Shown here piece by piece: positions 1-13,047 of a stretch of 64,000 bases of DNA. The notes under the pieces were generated by a model. The model worked only from the letters and a program-made list of their open reading frames with translations. It did no database searches and was not told where the DNA came from. The translations under genes and the position numbers were made by a program. Origin of the DNA: Squalus acanthias. Its lineage: Eukaryota. Position 1 is the stretch's first letter. Each line of letters starts with the position of its first letter. The stretch is from NCBI GenBank assembly GCA_030390025.1, contig CM059432.1:97528001-97592000 (forward strand), written 5' to 3'.

Positions 1-240
1 GCCATAAATATAAGATAGTCACTCATAAATTCAACAGGAAATTCAGGAGAAACGTCTTTACCCAGAGAGTGGTTAGAATGTGGAACTCGCTACAACAAGG
101 AGCCGTTGAGGTGACTAGCAGAGATGCATATAAGGGGAATGTGCACATGAGGGAGAAAGGAATAGAAGGATATGTTGATGGAGTTAGAAGAAGAAGGGTT
201 GGAGTATGCTTGTGTGGAGCATAAATACTGGCATGGAACT
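1..240 (+). mobile_element. CR1-like LINE 3' fragment (older subfamily)
   Basis: Matches the CR1 3' region (aattcaggagaaac...cccagagagtggttagaatgtggaactc); same subfamily as 20200-20490. Confidence 0.75.
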
Positions 241-1188
241 GTTGGATATTGGAATACAGAGTAGAATTTCTAAATTTGCTGATGACACCAAACTTGGGCG
301 TGTGGCAAACAGTGAGGATGATACCAATCGACTGCAACAGGACATAGAAAGGCTAGCAGAATGGGCAGAAAAATGGCAGATGGAATTTAATACAGAGAAG
401 TGTGAGGTGATGCATTTTGGCAGAAGGAACAGGGAGAGGCAATATACACTTAATGGCACAGTTTTAAAGAGTGTGCAGGGACAGACGGACCTGGGAGTTA
501 ATGTGCATAGGTCCCTGAAGGTGGCGGGACATATTGAGAGAGTGGTTAGCAAAGCATATGGGATCTTGGGTTTCATAAATAGAGGTATTGAGTACAAAAG
601 TAGAGAAGTTATGCTGAATCTTTATAAAGCGCTGGTTAGGCCACAACTGGAGTATTGCATTCAGTTCTGGTCACCACACTTTAGGAAGGATGTGAAGGCC
701 CTTGAGAGGCTGCAGAGGAGATTTACCAGAATGGTTCCGGGGATGGGGGATCTTAGCTACAAGGACAGGTTGGAGAAGCTGGAATTGTTTTCATTAGAGC
801 AAAGGAGGCTGAGGGGTGATTTGATCGAGGTGTACAAGATTATGACGGGTTTGGATAGGCTAGACGGGGAAAGGCTGTTCCCACTAGTTGATAGTACAAG
901 GACTAGGGGACACAGATTTAAGGTTTAGGGCAAGAGATACAGGGGGGATGTGAGGAAAAACTTTTTTACACAGCGAGTGGTGAGTACCTGGAACTCGCTG
1001 CCGATTGAAGTGGTGGAAGCGGACACACTCAATGTTTTCAAGGGGAGACTGGATAGGCACTTGAGGGAAATAAACTTGCAGGGCTATGGGGATAGAGTGG
1101 GGGAATGGGACTGACTGGATTGCTCTGCAGAGAGCCGACATGGACTCAATGGCCCGAATGGCCTCCTTCTGTGCTGTTATGACTCTAT
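241..1188 (+). mobile_element. CR1 LINE, 5'-truncated (RT C-terminus and 3' UTR)
   Basis: ORF 206-928 has KFADDTKLG, LVRPQLEYC and RTRGH motifs; premature stop at 926-928; tail ends gactctat. Confidence 0.95.
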
Positions 1189-1946
1189 GGGGAAAAATTG
1201 AGTCGCGCCCCCTTTGGGGCGCTAACTTCGCTGGGGCGTTACTTTTAGCGCCCCATAAAAATTAGCGCCCCCGCGCCGGAAATTGAGTGGTTGCGCCCCA
1301 TGAGGGAAGCGGGGCACTACAGGAAGCGCCCCGCATCGCTCTTGGGGCACTGCGAGTCAATATCATGGCGCTATGTGCTGCACGTCGCACCGCGGTATTG
1401 CAGGCCTTCCTCCCCTTCTTAAAGGGGAGGGGCCTTGCGCAGCGTGAACTGGGGCCCAGCTGGGCCCCCGGGGATCGGGTGTGCCGGCAAAAGAGCCCGG
1501 CACTCAAGAGAAGTGCCGGGCTCTTGGAGCGCAGCCGGCACTTCGCGGGGGGGGGGGGGCTTCACGGGGGCCGGGGACAGCAATGGGGGCAGGTGCTGGC
1601 AGGCGGCCAGCAACAAAAATGGCCACCCGACACCTCCCCTTTAATTAGCACCGCCCCGGCCACAGGTAGGCCCCCCTGACCCCGTCGGGCATAGCGTCCG
1701 GCGGTAAGTCAAGAGGCACTACCGAAGATCGCGGCTGGAGCGCTAGTGGGGCGCTGCGCACGGCTATGATGTCATCACCGGCGGCGCAGCGCCACAGGAT
1801 GCTACCGGTTAGCGCCGCCGCTAACCTCCCGCTGAATTTCGCGGGAGGCGTGGGCGGCGCCGCACCCGGGCGCAAGTTGCTTTGCGCCCCATTAGCGCCC
1901 TCTTAAGGCGCTAACAGGAGGCATAAACCAACTGAATTTTTCCCCC
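1189..1946. mobile_element. GC-rich Harbinger-type MITE
   Basis: TIR GGGG(G)AAAAATT...AATTTTTCCCCC; flanking TAT/TAT duplication; homologous to 25886-26509. Confidence 0.85.
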
Positions 1947-2788
1947 TATATCTCTAATCTTTTGTATTTTATTGGTTATATCAGCATAGCTTACAGAGTG
2001 TTAGTGGCTAATTGAGGGGAGGGAGGACATGAAGACAACTCAAACAGCTAATCCATATATAAGCAGCCATTTTACAAGGTTGAATTTTCAGCATCTGAGG
2101 CTCAGTGCTGGGAATGCAAACTCATGAAATTATCCCTATACTATCAAAGTAAACTATTAGAAGTTTATTGTAAAAACTACTTAACATACCAAAGGAACTG
2201 GAAATCCTAGAGTTAAATGGTCTCCAGAATAATTATTAAGGAAATACTAATAGCTAGTGGGTTGGAAAAGTAGGGGAGCAATAGAATAAGCCAGTACACA
2301 GTGACAAAGCTATAAGTATTAAGGAAACAATCATCTTCAGTTTATTCACAACATGTGTGCGGTAATAAAAAAAGGATTATTTGGTATTGCTGAAAATAGA
2401 TGCTTAGAACCCAACTCTCCTGGGTTAACATCTCACATTTACAGGCTTTAGTTTGTGTTTTTTGGTACTTTTTGTACTTTTGTCAGTGCTGGGGAATGAA
2501 ACATAATCCCAATTTTTGGCACTCAGTTTCTGAATGAAGCACTGTCAGATCAGGTACAGCATAGGCTAGATCCAAAGAAAATCCTCTGCTTTGTCCTAAT
2601 GATGCTCTTTGACCCCAGATCAGAAGAACACTTGGTACTGAATTACTGTGACATTTCTATTCCTCACACCAGCCACCTTAATGTTTCTCTGAGTGAAGTT
2701 AACAATTCTTGATGCTGAAATTGGGCCAAATAGTGGAAATTGTTATAATTTTCAAGTCTGATATTTTTGTATTGTAACCATGTGCCTA

Positions 2789-4222
2789 TGTAGGGGGTGG
2801 TGGTGTGTGTCAGCTTCACCTCTGACTTATGAGCGGTTCGAATCGCTCCCACTCCCTTGGTTCTAGACCTTGGACTTATTTGGCGGTTGTGACAAAAAAT
2901 GCAGCAGACAACTGGTTTTGGTCCAAGAAACTTTGATCTTTATTCAAGAGAGAAAATATAACACAACAATCTTAACACTCTAATAAAATGGGGAACACTT
3001 CGATACACATGAGGGAAATTACAGTAGAAAATTACCTCACCCCTCCCAATCCCACTTTACTAGCTAAGTTGGGCTCTAGAGGACCAGGGATAATGCTCAC
3101 CAAACGAATCCTTGACAGTGAGCTGATTCGCGGTTTCGGGGTTCGCTGGGTGTGTTGGTTGGTGCCTGCCGTACCCCAGACACGGTAGAGGACTTCGACT
3201 GCGTATCTGGTCAGTTTTCACGAGTCCGCTGATGCGTATTGGATTTATCGGGTGAGTACCCACTTTTCTTCTGTTAGAGATAGGGTTTAGAGTCTTTTTA
3301 AGTAAAAATCTTACCATGGGGTAAGTCAGGAATAGATTGCAGAGTGGAAAACTTGCGAATCTTCGGTTTTCTCCCGAGTTGGTTTTCTTTGGTCGCGGTG
3401 GTCCAATATTACCCAGTTGGTTGGTGGTAATATTCGGTTGGTTGTTCTGTAAGGCCCTTGTTGCCGCGAGGTGTCTGATGGTCACTGGAACTGTTGCTCT
3501 GGTCTCTTCTTGTGTGTTGACCTGCTTCTAGAACTGTGAACTTCTTCGAACTCGATGAACTCCTGAGAACTGCCGAGAACTGTAGAGCTTGTAGAGAACT
3601 TGTTGTAACTGTGTAACTGCTGAACTGTCTTCTTGAGAAAACACGCCCTCAATTATACTAATTGGGGCCTCCTAATCTGCGCGCCAAATCAGTCCCGGTT
3701 TATTGTGAGATTTTGGCGGGCTCGTTAATAGTAACTTGTTTATGAATGTGTGAAGTGGTTTCGGGAGGGTTCCATGAGCTGTTGAGCTCTTACTTGATTG
3801 TAGTCATTGTGCTCAGGTTTCGAGTTTCCTGACTGAGCCTGAGATTTCTATGGAGTGGGGCGAGGTGATTTGTTTTATGCATGTTTTGGATGGGTCCTGT
3901 AATTTGGGTGGGGACTGCTCTTCCGTGGGTCTATTGTCTGATAGGGGCTGAGTGACGTTAAACAGTTCCCCAGACAGTTTGATTAACTCTAATACTCAAA
4001 CCGTCTATTACAGAGGTTGAACCCATCTCCTGTTGCAGCCTTTTCCTTTACAAACCCAAACATGCCTTTTTAAAATACCAAATCTTGGTTTTTGACCTTG
4101 AATCTCCCTCTGTTAGGCCCAATACATTTTATCACCCTGAAGTGGTTAGAAAAGAGTCCAAAGTCCTTTTCTTTAGGGTTTTTCCATGTTTTGGGGGATC
4201 TGTGAATTTTGAGAATCTTACA
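2789..4222 (-). mobile_element. Solo LTR (ERV or Gypsy type), 1434 bp
   Basis: Termini TGTA...TACA; perfect 4-bp TSD CCTA (2785-2788, 4223-4226); minus-strand AATAAA near 2939 and TATAAT near 3655; homologous to 10065-11330. Confidence 0.88.
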
Positions 4223-4252
4223 CCTAACAATGATACACAAAACAAAAGATTA

Positions 4253-5011
4253 TGGCCGTAATTTCAGATAGGAGGCTTCCTGCGTGCAGATGCCTCCTGT
4301 CGGAAAAAAATCTATGCACTTACCTGAGGGCTCCCGAGGTGTGGACACTTCCGATCCTCGGCCTCTCCACATTCGAAATGCGCAGGGCCCACGTATCCCA
4401 GGGGCGCATGTGGTTCGCAAGCGTCCCTGGGATCACGTGGGCCAGGCGAGCCAATGAAAGAAGGGAATTTCCCTTCATACTTTTGACAAATAGACCTGTC
4501 AAAAGTATGAATAGGGATCACTGAAAAAAGGCACTAAAACATTAAATAAATTTTAAAAACACCATCACGTTTTTAAAATGAGTTAACATTACATTAAATT
4601 AAATATTTTATACAAAAATTTAATTTTTTGAAAAAAATAATTAAAGCTTTTTATGGGGCTAAAAATAAACTTACCTTTTTTAAAAGTATTTTTAAATTAT
4701 AAATGAGTGAACATTTTTAAAAAAACTTTTTTAAACTCTTATGCTGGTAAAAGCAGGCCTTACGCCTGCTTTTACTAGGCGTAAGATTTCAAAGGGTTTT
4801 CAGCAGGCGGAGGTTCTGCAGAAAGCGGAACTCTCCACCTGCAGAGGCCCTTCTCCAGGGCAGGTGTCTGATCTGTCAAGAGGATTCTTGACAGATCGGA
4901 AATGCTGGTTTTCAGCGCATGCGCTTCACATGCCTGAAACCGGCATTTCCGATGTCCCTACAGGTGTTACACAGCTCGTACACACCCGTAGGCATCGGAA
5001 AATACGGGCCA
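4253..5011. mobile_element. Harbinger-type MITE with AT-rich core
   Basis: TIR TGGCCGTAATTTC / GAAAATACGGGCCA; TSD TTA on both sides. Confidence 0.85.
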
Positions 5012-5251
5012 TTATGATACCACACTTACTAGCAAAGAGACACAACAATGTCAAATCAGGTAACTATCTACTTTCTAATTGTCCTTTTCCTAATACAGTA
5101 TTCAACACTCGCTTAGTAAATTTCTTAGTTGGATATCAACTTTCTAAATTTATATACTTACAACAACTTACTGTCAGCCAGAAATGTTTACTTAAATTCC
5201 TGGAAGCAAGCAGACTCCCCCCCCCCCCCACACATCTACTTTACAATGAAC

Positions 5252-5600
5252 GAAAAGAAAGACTTGCATTTATATAGCGCCTTTTACGATCTCAGGACAA
5301 GGCGCTTTACAGCCAATGAAGTACTTTTTGAAGTGTAGTCACTGTTGTAATGTAGGAAACACAGCAGCCAATTTGCACACGGCAAGCTCTCACAAACAGT
5401 AATGTGATAATGACCAGATAATCTATATTTTTAGTGATGTTGGTTGAGAGATAACTATTGGCCAAGACAGTGGGGAGAACTCCCCTGCTCTTTTACAAAA
5501 TAGTGCCATGTGATCTTTTACGTGCACCTGAAAGGGTTTAATGTCTCATCCAAAAGACGACACCTCTGACTGTGCAGCACCTCCTCAGTACTGCACTGAA
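5252..5600 (-). mobile_element. Deu-domain SINE (SacSINE1-like), 5'-truncated
   Basis: Reverse complement of the SINE body and tail at 13462-13901 (tataaatgcaagtctttc tail). Confidence 0.85.
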
Positions 5601-5768
5601 GGTTTGAATGATGTCCTTATATTACCAACTAACGATGAACAGCCCACTAAGATTGTACATTTTCAAGGGGGACCAACTGAATCCATAAAAACAAGGCTTG
5701 GTTGGATAAAATTATGATTGGAGAAGACTCATATGAGGTCGTGTAAGAGTTAGACAAACCAGAAAAAC

Positions 5769-6170
5769 ATGCAGCAGCTTAGGAAGAGCAGAGAGGAAAT
5801 GGAAGAAGATATGAAAGAAGTTAATAGTACTCTATGTGAGGCAAGCAATCGACTAGAGAGAGTATGAGAGAAGTTATAAATAATATGCGAGAAGTGGCAA
5901 GTACTATGAGGGAGGTTTGGTAAGGGTTTGTAGAGGGTGTGAGGGAGATGGATAGCAGTGGCAAGGCATTAGCTGATGCAATTAGTGGCACCTAAATTCA
6001 CTGGCATTCTCCATGTGCTCCAACTGGATGTCAACACCTACATTAACAGGTAATCCTCCTGGTCCTTCTTCTAATAAGGTGTAACAGGCCACAGTGGAGA
6101 GGATTCAGCAGGACTGTGCTAGAAGGAGCTGCTGGTACCTTAAGAGCAAAAAGCAGAACACAGTTAAATT
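5769..6170 (+). pseudogene. Decayed coiled-coil-like coding fragment, possibly transposon-derived
   Basis: Reads MQQLRKSREEMEEDMKEV..., then after a frameshift MREVINNMREVASTMREV with stops; origin unresolved. Confidence 0.3.
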
Positions 6171-7184
6171 TTACATCACATAGAAGTAACTGTTCTAATT
6201 TTGAAACCATTGTAGCTATAATATCTTGTAATAGTATTTAGGCAAAAATAAATCATTTTTATCTGTAAAATCAGCAGCTATTTAAAATAATTATTTTTGT
6301 GAAATAATAACTGTATGACAAAATGCTTAACCTTTTGTTTACCGAATAAAACTATTGCCCTTCTCATATCTAGCAGACCTGCAGATTATTCATTGTGTAT
6401 CTCTTTTGAAACAAGTTATTCAGAAATCATTTTCTCTGTGGTCAGTCTCACTGTTATTTTCCAAGGTGACAGATGCTCACAGATAGCACTTATCCCCTCG
6501 GAGCTACAGAAAAATGAGTTCATGCACACATGTACCCTTCACCTTTATGCATTGCAAAGCATTGTGTGCAAGCATTGTGACAGTTGTGTCCAATCACCCT
6601 TTCTAAAGTAATTATGGATGACCGCAATATGCGTGCCCTTGGCAGCTGCATGAATTTGTTTTTACTGCACTGTTCTGGTTGCCAGCCTCCACCATCTGTC
6701 TGTCATTGTTGCTTTTTCATAAGCCAACTCTAATACCATGCAGTGTTGTCATGTAGTACAGGATGCAACATAGAACTAAGTATTCACAGGCCTTCCTAGT
6801 GTGGTAGTCATCTGCCATCTGTGAAATTTAAGCATGAATTCTATGACTATTCATTACACTTTTCTTGGGCTCGCTTTTGAGAACTTGGAACTTGTGCACT
6901 ATAGTTTAACTATAGTCTTTGTCATCTTATAAACAGAGACAAATAAACCACAGACATTGATATTCATTAATTAATGTCTTACACTGCAACCAGTCACCTA
7001 TAAATCTTCCTCCTATAAACCGCTTGACAAGTCCAAAATTAGTGAGGAGAAATAAATAATGGGTAATATAAGGTGAGTTGATGCATACAGACATCCGTGA
7101 AAATATTCTTGATGTCATATAGCACCTGCATCTTAACAAAATGGGAACTTTTTTCTGTTAAACTAGTTATGTGCATTTAGGTGA

Positions 7185-7625
7185 CAGGCTCGGCATGGCA
7201 CACTCACCCCAGAGTCAGAAGGTCATGGATCTACGCCCCATTCCAAAATGTTGTAAACTAGGCTGGCACTTCATTGCAGTACTGAGCGAGTACTATACTT
7301 TTGGAGCTGCCATCCTTCAGATGAGACATTGAACCAAGGCCACGTCTGCCCTCTCAGGTGGACATAAAGGATCTCATGGCATTATTCAAAGAAAAGCAGG
7401 GGAGTTCTCACAGTGACTTGGCTAATATTTATCCCCCAACCATAAGCACTAAAACAGATTATGTGGTCATTGCTGTTTGTGGGACCTTGCTGTGTGCAAA
7501 TTGTCTACTGCATTTCCCCACATCACAACAGTAACTACACTTCAAAAATACTTCATTGGCTGTAACACACTTTGGGATGTCCTGAGTTTGTGGAAAGCAC
7601 TATATAAATGCAAGTTCCTTCTTTT
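7185..7625 (+). mobile_element. Deu-domain tRNA SINE
   Basis: Decayed tRNA head, Deu-like core (gatgagacattgaaccaaggc...ggtggacataaagg), tail tataaatgcaag. Confidence 0.85.
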
Positions 7626-8229
7626 TGGTTATGTACATTCTATTTAGCTGCAGAATTGGTTAAGTGTACAGCACTAGAACATCAGAGAACATGCAAATGG
7701 CAATGAATATCTCTTTGGTTCTCTCATTCTCTCCTAGTACCTTCCTGGGCAATGTAATAGTGACTTGAAAAATGACTGGAAGGAAGTCCACAGTTTCTCT
7801 ATCTGTTATATGGAAAATCTAAGAAGCAAAACAGATAAGCACGGTGGTCACCATTAGCAGGCCATCATTTACGTGAGCCTGACATAAAGCATTTTCTTAT
7901 CCTACTCAATTCACTGAAACTAGCACATCAGGCTAATCTGCAAAACTAATAGAGCATTTGGTAAATCTGAGGGAGGATGCTCCACTATATGCAACAGGAT
8001 GCCAACCAACTGTGTTAGCCTTCTGTGCTCCACTGAATACCCATAATTAGAAAATCTAAAAGTGATGCAGAGTCTTGGTGTTATAATCACTTTATAAAAT
8101 ATAATCATCTTATAATTACTTTCATAACAAATCAATAATGCAGTTAAAGTGAATAGAATTGCAATAGTTGCTATATATATGTCTGCAGATTAATTTCAAT
8201 AACATGAAAGACTGCTTACTATTCATGAA

Positions 8230-8345
8230 CAGCATGAAGAATGGTATTTACAATCTAACACAATTTACTGATGACATTAAGCTGTGTGGTCTTGTGATGA
8301 AAAAGTCAGAAAATAAGATGAAGCTTGACAGCATTCTAGAAGAGT
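8230..8345 (+). mobile_element. Very old CR1 RT fragment
   Basis: Translates QFTDDIKLCGLV, similar to CR1 KFADDTKLGG. Confidence 0.45.
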
Positions 8346-8349
8346 TTAT

Positions 8350-8504
8350 GGGTGAAAGTTGTCTTGGGTGGTAGTGTAAAATGAATGATAACAAATCGGT
8401 CGCCCGCTTTACACTCCGCCAGATTTGAATGGGCGTTGTGTAAGACGGGATGTCGATTTACTGTCACCCATTTTGTGATACTGTCCAAGAATAATTTCAC
8501 CGCC
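8350..8504. mobile_element. Short palindromic MITE
   Basis: Ends gggtgaaagttgtcttgg / ccaagaataatttcacc; imperfect inverted arms; flanks TAT/TAC. Confidence 0.6.
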
Positions 8505-8676
8505 TACTTTCCCAGAGGCTTGGGGAAGTGCTGACAAATACACTCACTCAGCAGAGTCCCTTTTATTTTTGTTACATTTTTACATATCAGATCTATGGGT
8601 GACCATAGCAAACTTAAGAATTAGAGCTTTTAAAAGACTAAAAAATTGGAAAATAGAAGCCAAAAGAAAGAATAAA

Positions 8677-9650
8677 GGGGGCGATTTTTGTTGAATACTT
8701 TAGGTGCTAAAGAGCCTCCGTGGTGGCCAAGATAGTGTCTTGACCTGAAATGTCAGTTTAGCCTGCATTTAGCGCACGACACCATGTTGGTAAAGGAGTT
8801 GAAGCCAGTGCTAGGAATGGCTGCCCAGAGGATCGTTAAACAACTGATTTCCACTTAAAAATCCTGCTAGCACTTATTAAAGAGGCTGCACGGTACTTTG
8901 GTGGCTAGCGCTTCAACTAACGCCCGCTCCTAACAGCGACCAGCTGTTTGGGAGTAAACACAGCGTTGATGTCGATTTCATGCACTACTTAATGGGATAC
9001 TCACCATTTCATGTTCATTACTGCTGGAGCAGTGAAGGGGACCTCTGAAACACATCGGGAGACTTTCTGGGGCACTATGTCAAGACTTCACCAACACTCG
9101 AGCAACATTTATTCCAGAAATTCTCAGAGGATTTCAAATAAAACGAGTAAATGCTGTGCTACTCCACTTTATTGGGCACCTTCTAGGAGTCACCAGGAGA
9201 AAGGGAGTGCTTGGGCATGGGCATCTTGTTAGAGGTCCCCCTTGGTCTGAAGGAGGAATGGGAGAAGGACATGAGGCCAGGCAGAGCAGCACTAGCTGCT
9301 GCAGGATGGGAAGGACAGGAGGGTGACAAGGGTGAGGTGGTGTCTTTCCCCACTGTGGGTACAGGACATCCCTCCTCTTCTGGACCTCCTCCACCAAGAC
9401 CTCCAGTGCCGCATCCGAGAACCTGTGTGCACTCTCCCTCAGTCCTTGAGCCATCCTGCAACATGCCGTTGTGTGCCAGCCAGTGCACTCCACATCTTCA
9501 GTGGAAATGGGCGTGAGGAGCCCACATATACTGCTCCAAGAAAATTGCGTCTAATCAACACTTGAGTGCTTAATCTGTAGGCTTCTGGTTTAGCACCTCC
9601 AGGCAAGTTCGAATTATAGTAATCGGCAATTAGGACCAAAATTGTATGCT
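8677..9650. mobile_element. Internally deleted Harbinger: transposase start joined to Myb exon 1
   Basis: Plus-strand MGILLEVPLG from 9217; minus-strand MAQGLRESAHRFSDAALEVLVEEVQKRRDVLYP from 9454; degenerate TIRs with AAA flanks. Confidence 0.7.
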
Positions 9651-10064
9651 AAATCCAGACTTTCAAACTGCACCCATTTAGCCCCTGTTTTCACCCTTTG
9701 GCCAAAATAACACTCAAAGAGGGAGAAATTCGTGTGCGCCACATGTTAGCACCAGGAGATGGTGCTAAAGTGCCATTGACAACTGTAACGACGCTGATGC
9801 CGGTTCCAGCACTGCACGCCATATCGGTGGTGCCGGTAGTGCTGCCGGTAGCCTCGATCGCCAGGGAGCTCACCACAATGGAGATCGTGATGTCAGTGAG
9901 TGTGCAACGCTCACTGGATGCCTGATTTCCCAACTTCGTTTTAGCCAATGTACTTACCAGCTGGAGAAAGCAACGACAGTTTCAGGAGGCGTGCAGCAGC
10001 AGGAAGCCGGCTCCAGTGATGATATTTAAAGGGGTCCTCACCAATCACTCGCACCTGTCAGGGT

Positions 10065-11330
10065 TGTAGGGGGTGGTGTGTGGGGGTCAGGTTCACCTCT
10101 GACTCAGTGAGCAGTTCGAATCACTCCCACGGCCCTGGTTCTAGACCTTGGACTTATTTGGGGGTTGCGAACAAAGATGCAGTAGACAACAGGTTTTGAT
10201 GAAAGAGTTTTGACTTTTATTAAAGAAAAAGGTAGCAAACTCAAAACACACTTAATGCTTAAACACAGGTTGGGGAACTCACGGTACAGGCGAGGGACAA
10301 TTACAATATACAACAAAAACCCTTATCCCTCTCAAATCCCACTGCCTAGCTAGGTTTGATTCCAGAAGATCAGGGATAATGCTCACCAAATGACAGTTCT
10401 TGACAGTTGAGAGTTAGGGTTTAGAGTCTTTTGAGTAAAAGGTTTCGTAAGGCCCTTGTTGCCACGAGGTGTCCGATGGTCACTGAGGCGGTCGCTCTGG
10501 TCTCTTGAACTGCTGGCCTTCTTTGTTGTACTTCTTTCTGTTGAACTCTGCCTCTGTTTAAACTGTCTTCTTCCGAGCTGTGGAACTGCCTCCTTGCAGA
10601 ACTGTGGAACTCCTTGCTGCTTCTTCCTTGCTTCTCCTGAACTCTGTAACTACAGCCCTGACTTCTGCTGAAAACAGGCTTTTCGATTGAACTGCAGAAC
10701 TGCCTTCTGTTGAACTTGAACTGTTTTTACTGTTTGATGGGCCTTCAATTATACTAAATTGAAGTGGCCTTATCTACCCCAAATCAAATCCCGGTCATTG
10801 TAAGACCTCGTTAACAGTAACGACTTTACTAGCGTGTTAACTGGTTTTGTAAATGTGTGAAGTGGTTTCCGGATAGCTCCATCCTGTCAATCTGTTGTTT
10901 AATCGGAGTTTGAATTGTCCTCATTCTTTTGGGTTTCTTGACTGGGCCTAGGACTTCTATCTTTATGCATGTCTTTAATGGGTTCTGAAATCGGTTTGAT
11001 GGGACCTGTTGTTTTGGGTGGGGCTGTCTCCTCCTAGGGTCTATTGTCAAAATGTTAATGCTTGCTAGGGCTTGAGTGAGGTCATCCCGATTCCCCAGAC
11101 AATGCAATTTAACTGCAATACCCAAAACTGCTTTTGCAGAGGTCGAACCCAACTTCCTTCGCAGTCTTTTTCTCCCTTTACAGGCCCAGACATAGTTTTA
11201 AAATGCCAAAACTTGTTTTTTGGTCTTAAATTCCTTATGTTAGGCCCAAATGCATTTTTATCACTCTGAGGTAGTTCCAAAGTCCTTTTTTCTTAGGTTT
11301 TGGGGATCTGCAAATTTTGGAAACTTTACA
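10065..11330 (-). mobile_element. Solo LTR of the same family as 2789-4222, inserted in Harbinger 1
   Basis: Termini TGTA...TACA; TSD GGGT/GGAT (1 mismatch); colinear homology with the first copy. Confidence 0.85.
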
Positions 11331-11486
11331 GGATTTTGCAGTTTGAATGGCTGACTGCCACTTCCTGCTACTGAAGAGTTTTCCTTAGACATTTCAAGGT
11401 TCTTTGGTATCAGGGAGTCTTCTGGCAAGTACAAAACTCCCTCATTATTTTTGAAAGGCTTCAAAGTACAACACTTGCTAAAAATC

Positions 11487-12686
11487 ATGGGGGCTGTACT
11501 GGCAGTGGACCTCGCCCTCTAGCATCTATGTTGGAGGGAACGAATGCAGCGAACGAAGGCAGCGAGAAAGACAGGAACATGTGCACAGAGGGAGGAGGAG
11601 GGCCAGGAGGGCTCTCAACAGGAGACCTGGGTCTTCCGAAAACACTCCTCCTACCTTCAATTAAGCGAGGAGCACTGTATTAGGAGGCTTTGCTTCACCA
11701 AGGAATTGGTCACAGAACTCTGCCACCTCCTGCAACCAGACCTCCAGCCTCAGATCAAGACGACCACGGGTCTCTCAGTGGCAGTCAAGGTCACCGTGGC
11801 TCTCAATTTCTTCGCCAGCGGATCCTTCCAGTCTGCAACAGGAGACATAGCTAGCATCTCACAGTTCGCCATCCATCACTGCATCTGGGAGGTCACTGAG
11901 GCTCTCTACAGCAGGAGAAGGGACTACATTGGCTTCCCCATCACCAGAGAGAAGCAGGATGAGCGTGTATGTGGCTTTGCCAGGATAGCGGGCTTCTCCA
12001 TGGTGCAGGGCGCCATCGACTGCACCAACGTGGCTTTGCAGGCACCGCATAACAATCCTGAGATCTTCCGTAACCGCAAAGGCTACCACTCACTTAATGT
12101 ACAGTTGGTATGCGACCACGGACAGCGCATCCTCAATGTCAAAGCCAGCTATCCTGGAAGCAGCCATGATGCCTTCACCCTGCGCTAGACTGGTGTGCCA
12201 ACACTCTTCCAGCCAGCACATCAAGCTTGAGGGTGGCTGCTCGGAGACAAGGGCTATCCGCTCTCTACCTGGCTCATGACTCCTCTCCGCAACCCCAACA
12301 CTCGTGCCCAGCACTCATATAATGAGAGCCATGCTGCCACCAAGAACGTCATTGAGCAGACCATCGGCTTATTGAAGCAATGGTTCCGCTGCCTTGACCG
12401 CACGGGAGGAGCCCTCCAGTACTCGCCAGAGCGGGTGTCCCATTTCGTGGTGGTCTGCTGCATGCTCCACAGCTTGGCCATCATGAGGGCACATCCCTTT
12501 CCAGCAGGGATTGCGGGACAACCTCAGGAGGAGGACAAGGGAGAGGAGGATGAGGATGAGGAGGAGGAGGATGAGGAGGAGGAGGACGAGGAGGAGGAGG
12601 AACAGGAGGGAGGGAGGAGGCAATGAGACAATCGGCCTTCCAGACAGGCTGTCGATAACTGGCTCATCAGACTGCAAATCGAATGA
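11487..12686 (+). pseudogene. Harbinger (HARBI1-like) DDE transposase, disrupted
   Basis: GAIDCT, NVQLVCD, YPGSSHDA, LGDKGY and IEQTIGLLK motifs; stops at ~11520 and 12186-12188; acidic C-terminal tract. Confidence 0.92.
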
Positions 12687-13047
12687 ATGAAACCCCAGAT
12701 CCCCATTGCTCACCACATCCCCATCATACAATCCTTGTCTCACACCATATCACAGTGTCCTCCTGGGCGCAAAGGTGAAATGAGAGAGACCACAAAATAT
12801 TCCAAACACCATTAATAAATGTATCTATAAACATATCACACATATCACATGAATTCTAATAACTAATGACCCTTGTGCCTGCCATAGTTGAATAGCTGTC
12901 ATTGTGTGCAAGGTGTGAGATGTGGGTGTGAGTGTTGCTAGGTAGAGATTGTTGGTGGGTGAGTGTTGGGGGTGTGATACATTGAGCAGTGTGTGAAGCT
13001 TATGGTACAGATGGTGGTTGGTAGCATTTGTTGAAGCCTTCACTCAT

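Noticed and set aside
1262..1875. Several overlapping GC-rich ORFs
   Set aside because: They lie inside a TIR-bounded MITE; stop-poor GC-rich sequence with no recognisable domain.
3225..3262. Hammerhead or retrozyme motif in the solo LTR
   Set aside because: Reads CTGATGCG rather than CTGANGA, with no properly placed GAAA.
3060..3485. 141-aa ORF in the LTR as an accessory gene
   Set aside because: Most of it lies in blocks missing from the second LTR copy, and it has no recognisable domain.
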